A stretch of DNA of 64,000 nt from Octopus sinensis (lineage: Eukaryota), in the NCBI RefSeq assembly GCF_006345805.1, contig NC_043000.1, positions 39,370,001 through 39,434,000 on the forward strand, given 5' to 3'. Of this stretch, positions 11,934 to 23,899 are shown one piece after another; the first letter of the stretch is position 1, and each line of letters starts with the position of its first letter. Under the pieces are notes generated by a model. It did no database searches. It was not told where the DNA came from and saw only the letters and a list, made by a program, of their open reading frames with translations. Both the position numbers and the translations under genes were made by a program.

Positions 11934-13860
11934 TTTTAGAGAATATTTAATAGAAGAACGCTTAAGATCAGCTATTCTTGCTGCAGAAACTTCGCCTCTT
12001 TCGTTAACCAACACAACAGTAGGATAATTGTTAATAAGCATAGTGCCGATCCTCTTTAAAAATGTAATTGCAAAGATGGGTCCTCCCGTCCGTTGGAAGG
12101 GAAATGTCTGGAGAAAGGAATCGTATATAGAGCCAAGGTGAAGATAGAAGGCTCAAGCGAATATAGAACTTATACAGGGGCTTCTGAAAATTCTTTTAAA
12201 ACCCGATTTTATTCGCATAAAAGTTCCTTTAGATACCTGAAAATAGGACGAAGAGCAGCCTGGCGAAATATGTCTGGGAATTAAAAGAAAAAGAAGCCCG
12301 ACCTTTCAACGTGTCATGGAGTATTTTGGATAGAGCGGCATCATACAGGCACTGTGCCCATAAAAGAAATTTCAAGTGCGACTTATGTCTGCTGGAAAAA
12401 TATTTTATTTTATTCCAAGACAATAATTCTTTAAATCAACGAAGCGAACTCTTGAATTCATGCAGACACGCAGATAAATTTAAAATGCCGACTAGCAATA
12501 TCCCATATGGATAGCGTATATTTTTTATTCTTGGACTAGTTTCTAATCACACTGTTGGATTTGTTTCGTATTATGCATGATTTATTCCGCATCGCAAAGT
12601 TTTTGTATACATTTCGATATATTTCTTAAGAAAAACCTTCGACTGTTATATACTAATATTATTTTCTTGTTTAGGATTCTGCTTTTATTTAATCTTATTG
12701 TATTTTATAAACCCACTTTAATTGTTTAATTTATAGATAATTCGTTATAGGGTGTTATATTTTGCTTGTCTTTTATCTAAATTTTATTATGTACTCGGCA
12801 ATTTTTACAAATAATGTTGTTTGTCTATACGTCAGATCCTAGACATGGCTTTATGTGAATATTGGTATTGACATGCATATGTATTCGTATGCTCGCGTTT
12901 ATGTATATGTGTAAGTGGGCGTGTATGTTTATACTTATGCACATACATACATGGATGTATATGTATGCGTGTATTCAATTGAATTTGTGTGGATGTGTAT
13001 TTAAGTACTTATCTCTATATATTTATATATGTGTTCTTATACATGTATGTACTGCTAATATACACTTTTATATACACGTGTATACGAAATTTTATTTTGT
13101 GAACGTTCGTTACGCATATTCAGATTTCTTTATAGACTTCTTTAAATTCTTCCTTTCTTTTGTTATTTTTTCTCTCCCTATTCGTTACTTGTATAGAGTC
13201 CTGTAACTTTACGCCCCCCCCCATCTCTTACTCACTTCTTTAGCTATCTGTTGCTTATAAGATCGTTACATTTTCTTTACTTTTTCTTCCCCCTCTCTGC
13301 GTTTTACTTCTAGTCTATATGTATACACCAAGCGATTTTTGCATGCGGGCAAGATTGCGTATATATATGTATATGTGTATTTGTGTGTATATTTACGTTT
13401 TGCATTTATATGTCTGCATATGTATGTGGACTGTGTACATCTGTCTGTGTATTTTGATGTATATATGTGTATTGATGGTTTAGTATGAGTAGATACTGTT
13501 GTGAAATATTTTGATAAGTTTTAATTTTTATGTATTAATTGTATTAATTGAATTATATTTTCTATATATATAAAGAAAATATGTATTTTGAATCCGCTCT
13601 TCGATTTAAGGTTTTTCCTAGATTTTTTTATAATTTATATTGAATTTATTTTATTTTGTGTATTTTGTTTATCGCATGCTTAAGATCGTTATTTGAAAGA
13701 ATAAATGAAAGAAATCCATTTTTAAAGGTGTATCCTTTAACTAGCTTTGATCAAATTGTTATTTCAGTTCTATTTAAACAAAACTGTCCGACGAACGGGA
13801 ACGTGAGACTCTGAGTAACATATTTTGTTATATTTCTGCTGCTTTTAAATAAAGTATATA
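11931..13860 (+). mobile_element. 5'-truncated Penelope-like element: GIY-YIG endonuclease remnant, 3' UTR and HHR
   Basis: CNCK...PLEGKCLEKGIVYRAKV...YTGASENSFKTRFYSHKSSF...WSILDRA...CDLCLLEKYFIL...LNQRSEL..CRH; frameshifted. HHR at 13778 and AATAAA near 13848. Confidence 0.8.
13778..13828 (+). ncRNA. Hammerhead-like motif, probably inactivated
   Basis: acaaaactgt CCGACGA acg ggaa cgt GAGA CTCTGAG UA acatattttgt; homologous to 45523-45573 but GAAA is changed to GAGA. Confidence 0.6.
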
Positions 13861-16800
13861 TATAAACTTAGATAAACTTAGATATGTTTCGACCAAAGAT
13901 TGGTCCAGGCCATATCTAACTTAATAACACCAGCTGATATGATTATCTAAATCCTGTTTAAGTCAAGTTTTGTTTATGGTCCATTCAAGTAGTGAGATTT
14001 TGTTGGGTGAGTTGTATCCAATTATGGGTGGCTTATCTGGTTTTCCTTGAAGGAATCTATCCAAACTCCGTCTAAAGTTGATGGGATCCTTTTCCTCTTT
14101 GATTTCTTTCGGGACAATGTTAAATAGGGCAGGGCCTGTTGAGGAAAAGAAATTATGTTGCAGTGTACATATATGCTGTGATCTGAATTAGGCAGGGGAC
14201 GTATGGCCTGTAGTCCCAGTCTTGGATGAACCTTGAAGCTAATGTTCAGGTCGTTTGGGCAAAGTTGGCGGTACATTCTCCACATGGTACAAATGATGTA
14301 CCGCTCACGGTGGCGCTGGAGAGAGTAGAGTTTCAAGGCTTTAAGGCAGTCCCAATAATAGAGAGCAACCATGCTTTCAATTCGTTTAGTGAATGCCCTC
14401 TGGGGTGATTCAATCCTCGAGATGTTTTGTCTTGCATCGGGAGACCACAGTGGGCAGCAGTTTTCGAGGTGTGGCCGTACAAAGGAGGAGAAAAGTGGTA
14501 TGATGACACCTTGTTCTCTGGACCTGAAGGTTCTTCAGATCCAGGAACTCATCCTACGAGCTATATCGACCTTATTGTTGATGAGGGAACTCCAACTGAG
14601 ATTGTCATCAACAATTACACCCAGGTCTCTGATATTGTTAGAGGTTGTGAGCGGTTCCCTTGAAGGAAGAGAGTATGGCTGTTTTAGTGTGGACTTTCTT
14701 CCAAAATGCATCAGCTCAAATTTTCCCTCGTTCAGTTGCATTTTGTTTCTGTCTGCCCATTGACTCACAGCATATAGATCAGACTGGAGTTGAGTTCGAT
14801 CTGCTTCTTCATTGATGATTTGATGGAGCTTAGTGTCATCAGCAAATATTTTCACTCTGCAGTAATATACGACACTGGAAAGGTCGTTTATGTAAATTAT
14901 AAAGAGGAGTAGGCTCAAGACAGTCCCTGGGGGACACCGCTGGTGACTTTTTCTGGACTTGAGTGAACTCCATTGACTACAACATGTTGTGTTCTGTTCG
15001 CCAGGAAATACTTAATCCAGTGTAGAAGTTTTCCACGGATTCCAGCATTTGCCAATTTTGAGAGTAGGATATTATGGTCAACCCTGTCGAAAGTCAAGAT
15101 ATATGACATCAGAGTTCGAACCTGTTCCCAAGGCTTTAAGTATATCTTCAATGTTGTGTAAGAGCTGTGTTAAACAGTCCCTGCCACAGCGAAAGCCATG
15201 CTGATTTGCATTTAGGAGTTTGTGGGTCTCCAGGAAGTCAGCTATCCTTGATCTTAACACTCTTTCAAACACTTTAATGATGTGGGAGGTGAGTGAGATT
15301 GAGCGATAGTTGACTGCAAGGGATCTGTTTCCCTGTTTGAAAACCGGTATGACAGACTGGGATAGAAGCTGTTTCGGTATATAACCTGAGTCTAACGAAT
15401 TTGTCCAGAGGTTGGCCTGAGGGACTGCAAGTTGGTGTCTACATTCCTTCAGGAGACTAGCGGGGAATCTATCAGGGCCTACAGCAGAATAGTATTTGAC
15501 CTCATTTATTGCTGCTATGATATCAGAGGCAGTGAAGGTTATGTCTGAGATTTTATGTTGGGCATCAACTTCGTTCGCTTCTCTTACGTCAATATCAGTG
15601 GGAACACAAAAGACAGAGCAGTATTGTTTCTGCAGTATTTCTGCCATTTCTTTAGCATCGTGTTGGGGAATGCCGTTATCATCAATCAATGGCCCAATGG
15701 ACACAGTGGTTCTATGCTTATTTGCATAAGAATAGAACACTTTTGGGTTCTGTTTGATGTTTTTGATTACACACTGTTCCTCCACAGCTCTGATTTTCAA
15801 TGGAGGTTTTCATGTGGGTCTGCAGATGAAGTTTTTCCAACTCCAGCCTTTTCATTGTTGTTGAATGTGGATGTTGTATGCGGGAATATTTTAATTGGTT
15901 GATTTTTTTACTGAGTCTTTTGATGCGCCTGATGATTGTTTTTTTTTCTTTTAGGAAGCCGGTTTCTGTTTGTGTTAGTGGATTTCGTAGGAGCATGTTT
16001 TGAGCATGTATAGGTGACAATGTTCTCAAAGTGCTGTTATGCGGTCTCAATTTGGGTGGAATTGAGAGTAAAAGACCAGTCGATGAAAGACAGATCCTTC
16101 CTGATTGCTCCCCAGTCCGCTTTGTGGAAGTTTATGTTGTCAAATGAGTGGGATTGGCTGGTTTGGTTTTGATATATCGGGAATTAAGATTGCAGAGAAC
16201 CATGTCGTGGTCTGAGAGGAGAGTTTTTTCAACTGAAATACTGTGAACGGAGCTAGAGTGGTTGGTTAATATTAAATCCAAGATCGTTTTATTCTGTCTT
16301 GTTGGTTCGAGCACTAGCTGAGTCAGGAAGAATTTATCCATTAGATTAAAGAGTAATTCTGCTGCTGCTTTCTCTGATGTAGAGCATTTGCCTAACTTCA
16401 GAGTATTTGTGGGCCAGTTTATATGAGGGAGGTTAAATCATCCATTACTAGTTATATGAGGGAGGTTAAATCACCCATTACTAGTTATATGAGGGAGGTT
16501 AAATCACCCATTACATGTTCCCGGAGTTGTATTTTTGAAGGAAGGACTTGATTTTGTTAAGGCACTCTTCAAAGTACTTTAGAGGTGCTTAGGGAGGTCT
16601 GTAAAGACAAACAATAATTATGTCTTTGGCTTTGGTGAACAGTGATATAGATTCACAATAGCCATTGGAAAATATGTCCTTGGCATCAACTGAAAAGGAG
16701 TCATAGATAAAGATGGCTGTCCCTCCTTTATATCGGTCTGTGCCATCTGCACGAACGATGGTGAAATCTTTTATTTTCTCCTCGGCATCCATATTTGTGT

Positions 16801-18612
16801 TGTTTAGGTGAGTTTCAGTAAGGATAAAGAAAGGGAAGCAATGTGTCGTTTCAGCAAGCCAACTCTCTATATATGGGATCTTCCATTTTTGGGCAATGTT
16901 TGATGGGTTGATGCCACGTACATTTAACAGGAATGTCAAGGGTAGTTTGATGTTTGCATTGTTCTAAGTTATGTTTTATGGTGTTCAGAGGTAACAATGT
17001 GGGTAGTTTTTGTATGGAGCTGTGTGTGTATGATTTTCTAGTTGGTAGTGGGTGTGTGGTCCTTGTGATTTGCATAAATGGTTGCTGATAGCTCGTTGGA
17101 TCTCCTGGCTTAGATCAGCCTTCATATTTTCTAGGTAAGTCACTAAAAAAGAATTGCCTCTTTGGTTTGCTACTTGGTCAGAGGATACATAGTTCATGTT
17201 TATGTTATTTGGTCTTATGTTTTTTTCGTGGGTCTGTCTTCGTTAATTGATTGTAGGAGGTGAAATGTGGTTGTATTTTGTTTTTGTTGTTGTCGTAGGT
17301 CTTCTCTGTTGCTGTTTATATTTAACTTTGCGATCGTTTTGTGCCCTTCAGATGGTGGTGATTGCATTCTGTGTTCAAGCACATCCTTACTGATACAGAA
17401 GTTTGGCACAGTTTAGGATGGAAGAAGGTGCATCCATTGCCTTTTGTGCATCCATATTTGGGATCAGGACCATTGGCTCTGTATTTAGGACAGCATTTAG
17501 GGTGGAGGTGAGGGCAGTTTTTTCCCGTTATACCATAGGGACAGGTGCCCTTAACAAGTCTACGACATAAGGTAGGATGGAAAAAAGCACAGCGTCCCTT
17601 GTTGGTGCCGCTGGGGCCAATTCTACAGTTGCCTTGAGAATGGTAACGACAGGTTTTTTAACGTGGGTGTAGTAGAGGTTTTCTATTCTGGCAGGCTCGT
17701 TGGTCAGTGGTCCTATTGTAGTAGCAGTAGCAGACTGTTGTTGTTGTTGCTGTAGCAGCAGTGAAACTTGACTTGCAACAGTAGGTCTTGGTGGAATCGG
17801 GTCAAATACTGGTGCCAAACAAGGTGCTTCTAATGTTGTAGCAGTAGCAGGCTGTTGTTGTTGTGATAGTGAGTTCTGGCTTGCCAAGGTAGTGTTGGGT
17901 GGAATTCGGTCAGATAGTGATATCAATGAGGATGTTGTTTGTTGCTGGCTATCGGGTCGTTGAAGTGACCCCTGACCTATTGGAGTTGGGTCATTTGGTG
18001 CACTACATCCATTGACAAGTATGGCTTTTAGTGTTGCCATGTGCGTGTGGAAAATAGGAAATAATCTTGTGATCTCTTTTATTTTATTTTCGATCTGTTT
18101 TGCAGATCTGTAAAAGGATAGTTTTGCTAAATTTTCAGCGCTTTTACTGTAAACGTTAGCTTTTACACAATCGTTATGGTGAGTGTACCAAGCGTTTATC
18201 AGTGCACTGATTTCATTTTCTACCCAGTGGCGTTTTGGAATATCATTGGCCATATTCAGTGGGTCAGTATTATACACTGTACGTCAGTTATTGATGACTT
18301 GATGTATAATAGTGAATGCACCGTTGAAAGGTTTGTGTCGATATATTCGGAAATGCGTGGTTATATCTGTGTGTGTGTGGGGGATGGTAGTGAAATAGTA
18401 GAATAGTAGAATTCAAAAGTTCTGGGACTAAAAACAAGGAATGTTACTGCTGACTTGAGTTGAAATATACTTCTTTGGTTATTGACCGGCCGGAGCTATG
18501 GAAAGTACGTCTTGTCACGACGAATGCCCATACGACGTGTAAGAATGAACTAACGTCTCGTAAAACATGGAGGAAACTGTTCAAAAAGTTGTTAGGAAGA
18601 AATAACGTGAAG
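13860..18612 (-). mobile_element. Near full-length CR1-group LINE (ORF1, APE and RT), frameshifted
   Basis: ORF1 ~18277-16985; APE (LLNVRG, ILTETHL, GGTAIF, CLYRPP, GD(F)NLP, LDLILTN, SDH); RT (GPD, NYRSISLTS, QHGFR, IYLDF, SGVPQG, FADDTK); 3' stem-loop and (ctaagtttat)n tail. Confidence 0.92.
16421..16514. repeat. 33-bp tandem triplication inside LINE endonuclease
   Basis: atatgagggaggttaaatca(t/c)ccattactagtt x ~3. Confidence 0.9.
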
Positions 18613-18661
<49 letters not shown>

Positions 18662-18679
18662 ATATATATATAATATATA

Positions 18680-19224
18680 TACAAAGCTACACGAAGAAGA
18701 TAGCCTCTATGCAGCATATAAGCTATTGGGAAAGACTCAAGAGATTAAGACTCTATTCCTTAGAGCGTAGGCGAGAAAGATATGCCGTAATATACATCTG
18801 GGAGATCCTGGAAGGACTTGTCCCAAACTTTGGCATCGAGAGTTACACAAATACTAGAACTGGGCGCAAGTACATAGTGCCAAGGACTCCAAATTTGCCA
18901 TCAAGATGTAGGACAAGATACTGCCAACGCCTGGGCTTCAGAGGTCGACAGCTCTTCAATATCTTCCCGAAGGACCTCAGAGACATGCATGGGGTGGATG
19001 AAGATGTCTTCAAAATAAAGCTGGACCTCTTCTTGTCAGGTGTCCCAGATGAACCAACTTCACTGCAGGAGGTGCAGATGATGGCAGTAGCATCAAACTC
19101 TCTCATGCAACAAATGTCAATTGTTAAAAAGCATTCGTGAAGTAAAATCATGTAGCAACACCGAATGGGGGTGCCCCAGCATGGCCACAGCTCGTGAGCT
19201 GAAACTAGATGAGATGAAATGAAA

Positions 19225-19228
<4 letters not shown>
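18680..19228 (+). mobile_element. 5'-truncated CR1-group LINE 3' end (second family)
   Basis: SYWERLKRLRLYSLERRRERY..IYIW...FNIFPKDLR...FKIKLD..L..VPDEP; tail gccccagcatggccacagctc...gctgaaac plus (tgaaa)n. Confidence 0.85.
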
Positions 19229-19286
<58 letters not shown>

Positions 19287-19899
19287 AAGATAGATATGTA
19301 TATATGTATATATGTATATATTTATATATATATATACACACAAATATGTTTATATATATATATAGATAGAGAGAGAGGGGGAGAACGAGAGAGAGATAAT
19401 ATATTCCTAAGCATCTCAAAGAGAGACATACAGCGACAGCACAATAAAATGATAATATTTTGCTAACATAATGCGTCAATCCTAGGATGTGGCGAATGCT
19501 ATTATTATTTTGCCTCAAGAAACAATGTTTCTAGCTGGCTATATGACACAAAAGTTCTGTTTTTATATTTTCAAACAGGGGAGATCAGCAGCTCCACGCA
19601 CCAAGACTTGACATCGACGGACTGGTTTCTGTATTATTGCTCTTTATCAGCGTGGAGTAGCTTGGTTGGTTAGTTGTCGCTACCGATCTATTATCGAAAA
19701 TATATACAATTCAAAGTGACAAACATAGAAATATTATATTTCTAAATCTCTCCAAAAGAGACATACAGTAACGACACAATAGAGTGCTGACTGCCAACAT
19801 AATGTGGCTTTCCCAGGATGGGAGGAAAGCTCCTGTTACTTATCCCCATGAAACATCGATTCTATCTCGCTATACGAGACAAATATTCTGTGTCCTTAT

Positions 19900-22064
19900 A
19901 TTTTCGAGCAGGGCAGATCTGAACCTCCACCCAAGTAGCAAGCCAGAAAACGGTCAAAGAGTTTATGCCACCGATGCTAATGCTGCTGAATTGGCAGAGG
20001 AACCAGAGGACATCATCCACACTGCGTTTTTCAAACTTTCCCACAGATCCTACAAGAAACATCCTATGGCATTGATGTACTTGCCAACACATGGCCTGCC
20101 CCAAACCTACCGCACAGGGTCAAGCACTCTTCCCACAGATCCTACAAAAATCATCCTATGGCATTGATGTACTTGCCAGATATATCAATGAAACTGAGCC
20201 AAAACTACTTTCGGACCAGCAATGCGCTTCCGACACCATTGGAGCCTCCAGTATATCCATTTGCTCAAACCTTGTTGTATCCTCAGGTACCATCCTACCT
20301 CACCTGGAACAAGAAGACATGGATGCATAAACTTTGATAATTGCCTGGGGAGTGTTTTCACAGTACATCTCAGCGAGCATGAGTGTTTCTATCTCCCTCT
20401 GAAACTGCATGGGGCTAGATGACCAACGTGTTTCCAAGACCTAAAAATTGTTGATGGACAACTTTGTGCTACATATAGGGAAGTCTGCATTAAACACGGA
20501 CTGCTAGAAAATGAAACACAGTGGGATACAACTCTGGCAGAAGCTGGTACCACAGTCACCTAGAAGTCTCAGGGCAATATCTACAGTATTATTGCAAACA
20601 TGGGATCTGTGTGATTCTGCCTCTTTGTGGATCAAGTGCAGAGATGACCTGTCTGAAGTTCTGAAGCATCAAGTACAATTACGGTTTCCTGTCATGGAAG
20701 TAGGTTCCAGTCACGAAGTCTAAAATAGAGCAATAATTGACCTAGAAGAGAAGATTGTTTTAATGGGTGGAAATGTTTTGCCAACACATGGCCTGCCCCA
20801 AACCTACCGCACAGGGTCAAGCACTCTTCCCACAGATCCTACAAGAAACATCCTATGGCATTGATGTACTCGCCGCCAGATATATCAATGAAACTGAGCC
20901 AAAACTACTTTCGGACCAGCAATGCGCTTCCAACACCATTGGAGCCTCCAGTATACTGGAGCCTCTAGAACTATCTCCTCTTAGATTGGAAGTTATAGTG
21001 GGAACTCCAGTAATGCTATTGAGGAATTTCGATCCATCAACAGTCTGCAATGGGATACGCCTTGTGGTAAAGAATATGATGCCACATGTTATTGAGGCCT
21101 CCATTCTGTCTGAATGTGGAAATGGAAAGGATGTTTTCGTACCCAGGACTCTTCCTATTTTATCGGGAGCAGAAATTCAATTTCCATTCAGAAGGATGCA
21201 ATTTCTCATTCGGGCCCGCTTCGCAATGTCTATAAATAAACCCCAGAGTCAGACAAAGACTGTGGTAGGACTTAATTGGGAAGAGTCGTGCTTCTCACAG
21301 GCAGTTATATGTTGGCTTCTCTACAGTGGAAAGCAAAGCAAAAATCTGTTTGCATACTTTCCACAAGGAAAATATTGATTACCAAGAGGATTTGTAGGAA
21401 TTACTACCTTCTACGATGCGCTCCAGTATCCACTGTTCTTAGCGAATGAGGAAGAGGGATACTACTTCGGAATTCAACAGGTTAATACCAACAATCCCGA
21501 AGACCTGACCAACAAAGCAGTTTCCTGTATGGACCTCCGTATCAAATTATATTCTCCAATTACTCCCACCAACCACGTGGAAAGCCATTTTGCCTTATTT
21601 TCTCATGTAATTCATTACTATGTTTCTTATTCTACATCCACCCAAACAAGCCAATGTCAACCCTTTGTCTTCTTCAACACTTCAACAGTTCGTTTCACCG
21701 TTGCCGTCTCCTATTGCAGCTCCTTTCCGAAATGCAACCATTGACATACGATGTCTACATTACACTTACATTCATCCAACTGTCAACCATACTATGGGTT
21801 GTGGGAGCCGCAACACCGGCAGCCGCAAAGGAGAGTATATCCCCTGGCATACCCACTCACCACCCATTTTCCATGAGAGGTTAGGGCCTGAAGTCCTCCA
21901 TACGGACTCATGACATGTCGCTTAGTTGAATTAGCCCATCATTTACTTCACAAATGTTTTGTCTTCAATGCTATACTTCACCGCATCAAATGGTTGAACA
22001 TAACTGCAATATATTTACTAACTATGCTAGTTTAATCCCGATCAATGCCGGATATCTCTGCTAA
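19900..22064 (+). mobile_element. Decayed, internally rearranged autonomous-type Helitron (RepHel remnant)
   Basis: ENGQRVY and TAFFKL linker motifs; PIF1 helicase C-terminus GTPVMLLRN...CNGIRL...FVPR...RMQF...FAMSINK.QSQT (20767-21378); degenerate 3' hairpin cccgatcaatgccgga followed by ctgCTAA. Confidence 0.85.
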
Positions 22065-22095
22065 TCTATAGATAAATCACACATTTCTCTTACAG

Positions 22096-22173
22096 CTGTT
22101 CGGTCTGGTGCCATATACACACAGTGGGGAAAACGAAATTGCACTTCTAGAAGATCTACCCAAGTCTATTCAG
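22096..22173 (+). CDS. Internal exon of short-chain collagen C4-like domain protein
   Basis: Acceptor tttctcttacAG and donor CAG|GTAAGC; 78 nt, phase 1-1. Encodes VRSGAIYTQWGKRNCTSRRSTQVYSG, matching the family start motif G-x-x-Y-x-x-WG-x-x-x-C...VYSG. Confidence 0.88.
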
Positions 22174-22584
22174 GTAAGCATATATAATGCTTCACCTCAA
22201 CATTGGTTATTTATGTCTCGAGAATTTTCACACTACAACACAACACACTTCTAGATTACTAAACGTTACAAATAGTTTACCAGGAATAAAACTCGAGACA
22301 TGGATTTTACTCAAAATACTATTTTTTTAAACAACTTTTGATTCGTCTTCTGAAAAGAAATAAGTGAAAACTATAATTAATCAATTCTTATTTAATTCAC
22401 TAGAACCTTTGTTTGTTGACGATAATTGATGAATGTTAATTAGATTTGATCGCTACAGTGGAACAATTGTTCTCCATTGCACTCATTTATTTGATTCATT
22501 AGATATTTCAATTTGATTTATAGATGTTATTTCATTCATTAGATAATTCAAAAATTAACACTGAAATCGCATATTTGTTGACAG

Positions 22585-23090
22585 GTCTAGCTGCCGGAAC
22601 ACATTACTCACACTCTGGAGGCGGAAGCAACTATTTGTGCTTAACAATGAACCCTCAATGGGGCAATTACACAAACATTAATGAGGCATACACCGGCTAT
22701 ATACACGGTGTCGAATATGAAGTAGCATCCTATGCGAAAAGTAAGACATTTGGAATGTTTGCACCTAAATCATACGCTTTGCAGGATCAAGATGTCCCTT
22801 GTGCAGTCTGTGAAACTAACAAACCTGCTTCAGTATTGATGATTCCAGGTCGAAAAGAGTGTGTGGGTAAATGGAAAATGGAGTATTCAGGTTATTTGAT
22901 GTCAGAATATTATAAGCATGCAGGTAGAACTGAATATATATGTGTCGACAAAGAAGCTGAAGCTGATACCAAAGGATACGAAAACAAGAATGGTGCTCTC
23001 TTATACCACGTACAAGCTGTGGTTGGTTCATTGCCAAGTCCTCCATACGAGAACTATAGAGAGTTAACATGTGTTGTGTGTAGTAAATAG
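22585..23090 (+). CDS. Last coding exon, short-chain collagen C4-like (collagen IV NC1/spongin-related) domain
   Basis: Acceptor ttgttgacAG in phase 1, joining in frame to the previous exon (YSG-LAAG). Motifs GGGSNYLCL, HGVEYE, DVPCAVC, LMIPGRKEC, WKMEYSGYLM, YICVD, ELTCVVCSK*. ORF is intact. Confidence 0.92.
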
Positions 23091-23155
23091 TCAGGTTTAT
23101 TTCTTCCTGAAATTTATACTAAATATTGACTTACATACTGAAATGAATATTTTTT

Positions 23156-23161
23156 ATTAAA
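23156..23161 (+). terminator. Candidate polyadenylation signal ATTAAA
   Basis: Variant hexamer about 65 nt after the stop codon at 23090. Confidence 0.4.
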
Positions 23162-23713
23162 CATTGATATTAATGCATCGATAACAATTTATATGCGGAT
23201 TCTGGAGTATATATATATATATATATATATATACCGTCCATAATTAACCGAAGACAGTGTGATTTCATTATTTTTCTTCTTTTTTTGCCATATGTGAGTT
23301 ACAAATATTGTTGCCTGTGGAAACTTATTTTTGTAGTAAAAGGAAATAGTAGTCTTTTGGCTGCTATTTCTAAAATTTTCGGTATGTGGTTAAGCAACTT
23401 GTTGCAAAAAACCCTTATTATTATAATTATATATATATATTATATATATATATATATTATATATATATATATATACACTTATATCTTCTTCTTCTTGTTC
23501 TTGTTCTTCTTCTTCTTCTTCTTCTTCTTCTTCTTCTACTTCTTCTTCTTCTTTTCTGCCAATAATTCACAACGACCTCGAACTCACAAGAGTAAACTAG
23601 AGAGAGACAGGCAAAAACAAGGAAAATGCCCCCTGTATATGAATACTATGCAAATATTCTTTAAAAAAACTTATCTTTTAATTTTTGCAAAATTTAATTG
23701 TTTTCCACACTTA

Positions 23714-23749
23714 CAGTTGAAAAAGTCTCAATGACCGAAACTGGTACTG
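23714..23749 (+). ncRNA. Degenerate hammerhead-like motif
   Basis: cag TTGAAAA agtc tcaat gacc GAAA CTGG UA ctg: correct topology, two core substitutions. Confidence 0.45.
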
Positions 23750-23798
23750 AAATGCTTTCTATAAAAACATTTTAGCATTTTCTACCTTCACTATTTTT

Positions 23799-23833
<35 letters not shown>

Positions 23834-23846
23834 ACACACACACATG

Positions 23847-23899
<53 letters not shown>

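Noticed and set aside
20767-21378. Host PIF1 helicase gene
   Set aside because: Intronless, degraded, and flanked by Helitron linker motifs and a Helitron-type 3' end.
22524-22584. ATG at 22524 as the start of a single-exon gene
   Set aside because: The first 20 codons are intronic; the domain's N-terminal motif is in the 22096-22173 exon, which splices in frame at 22585.
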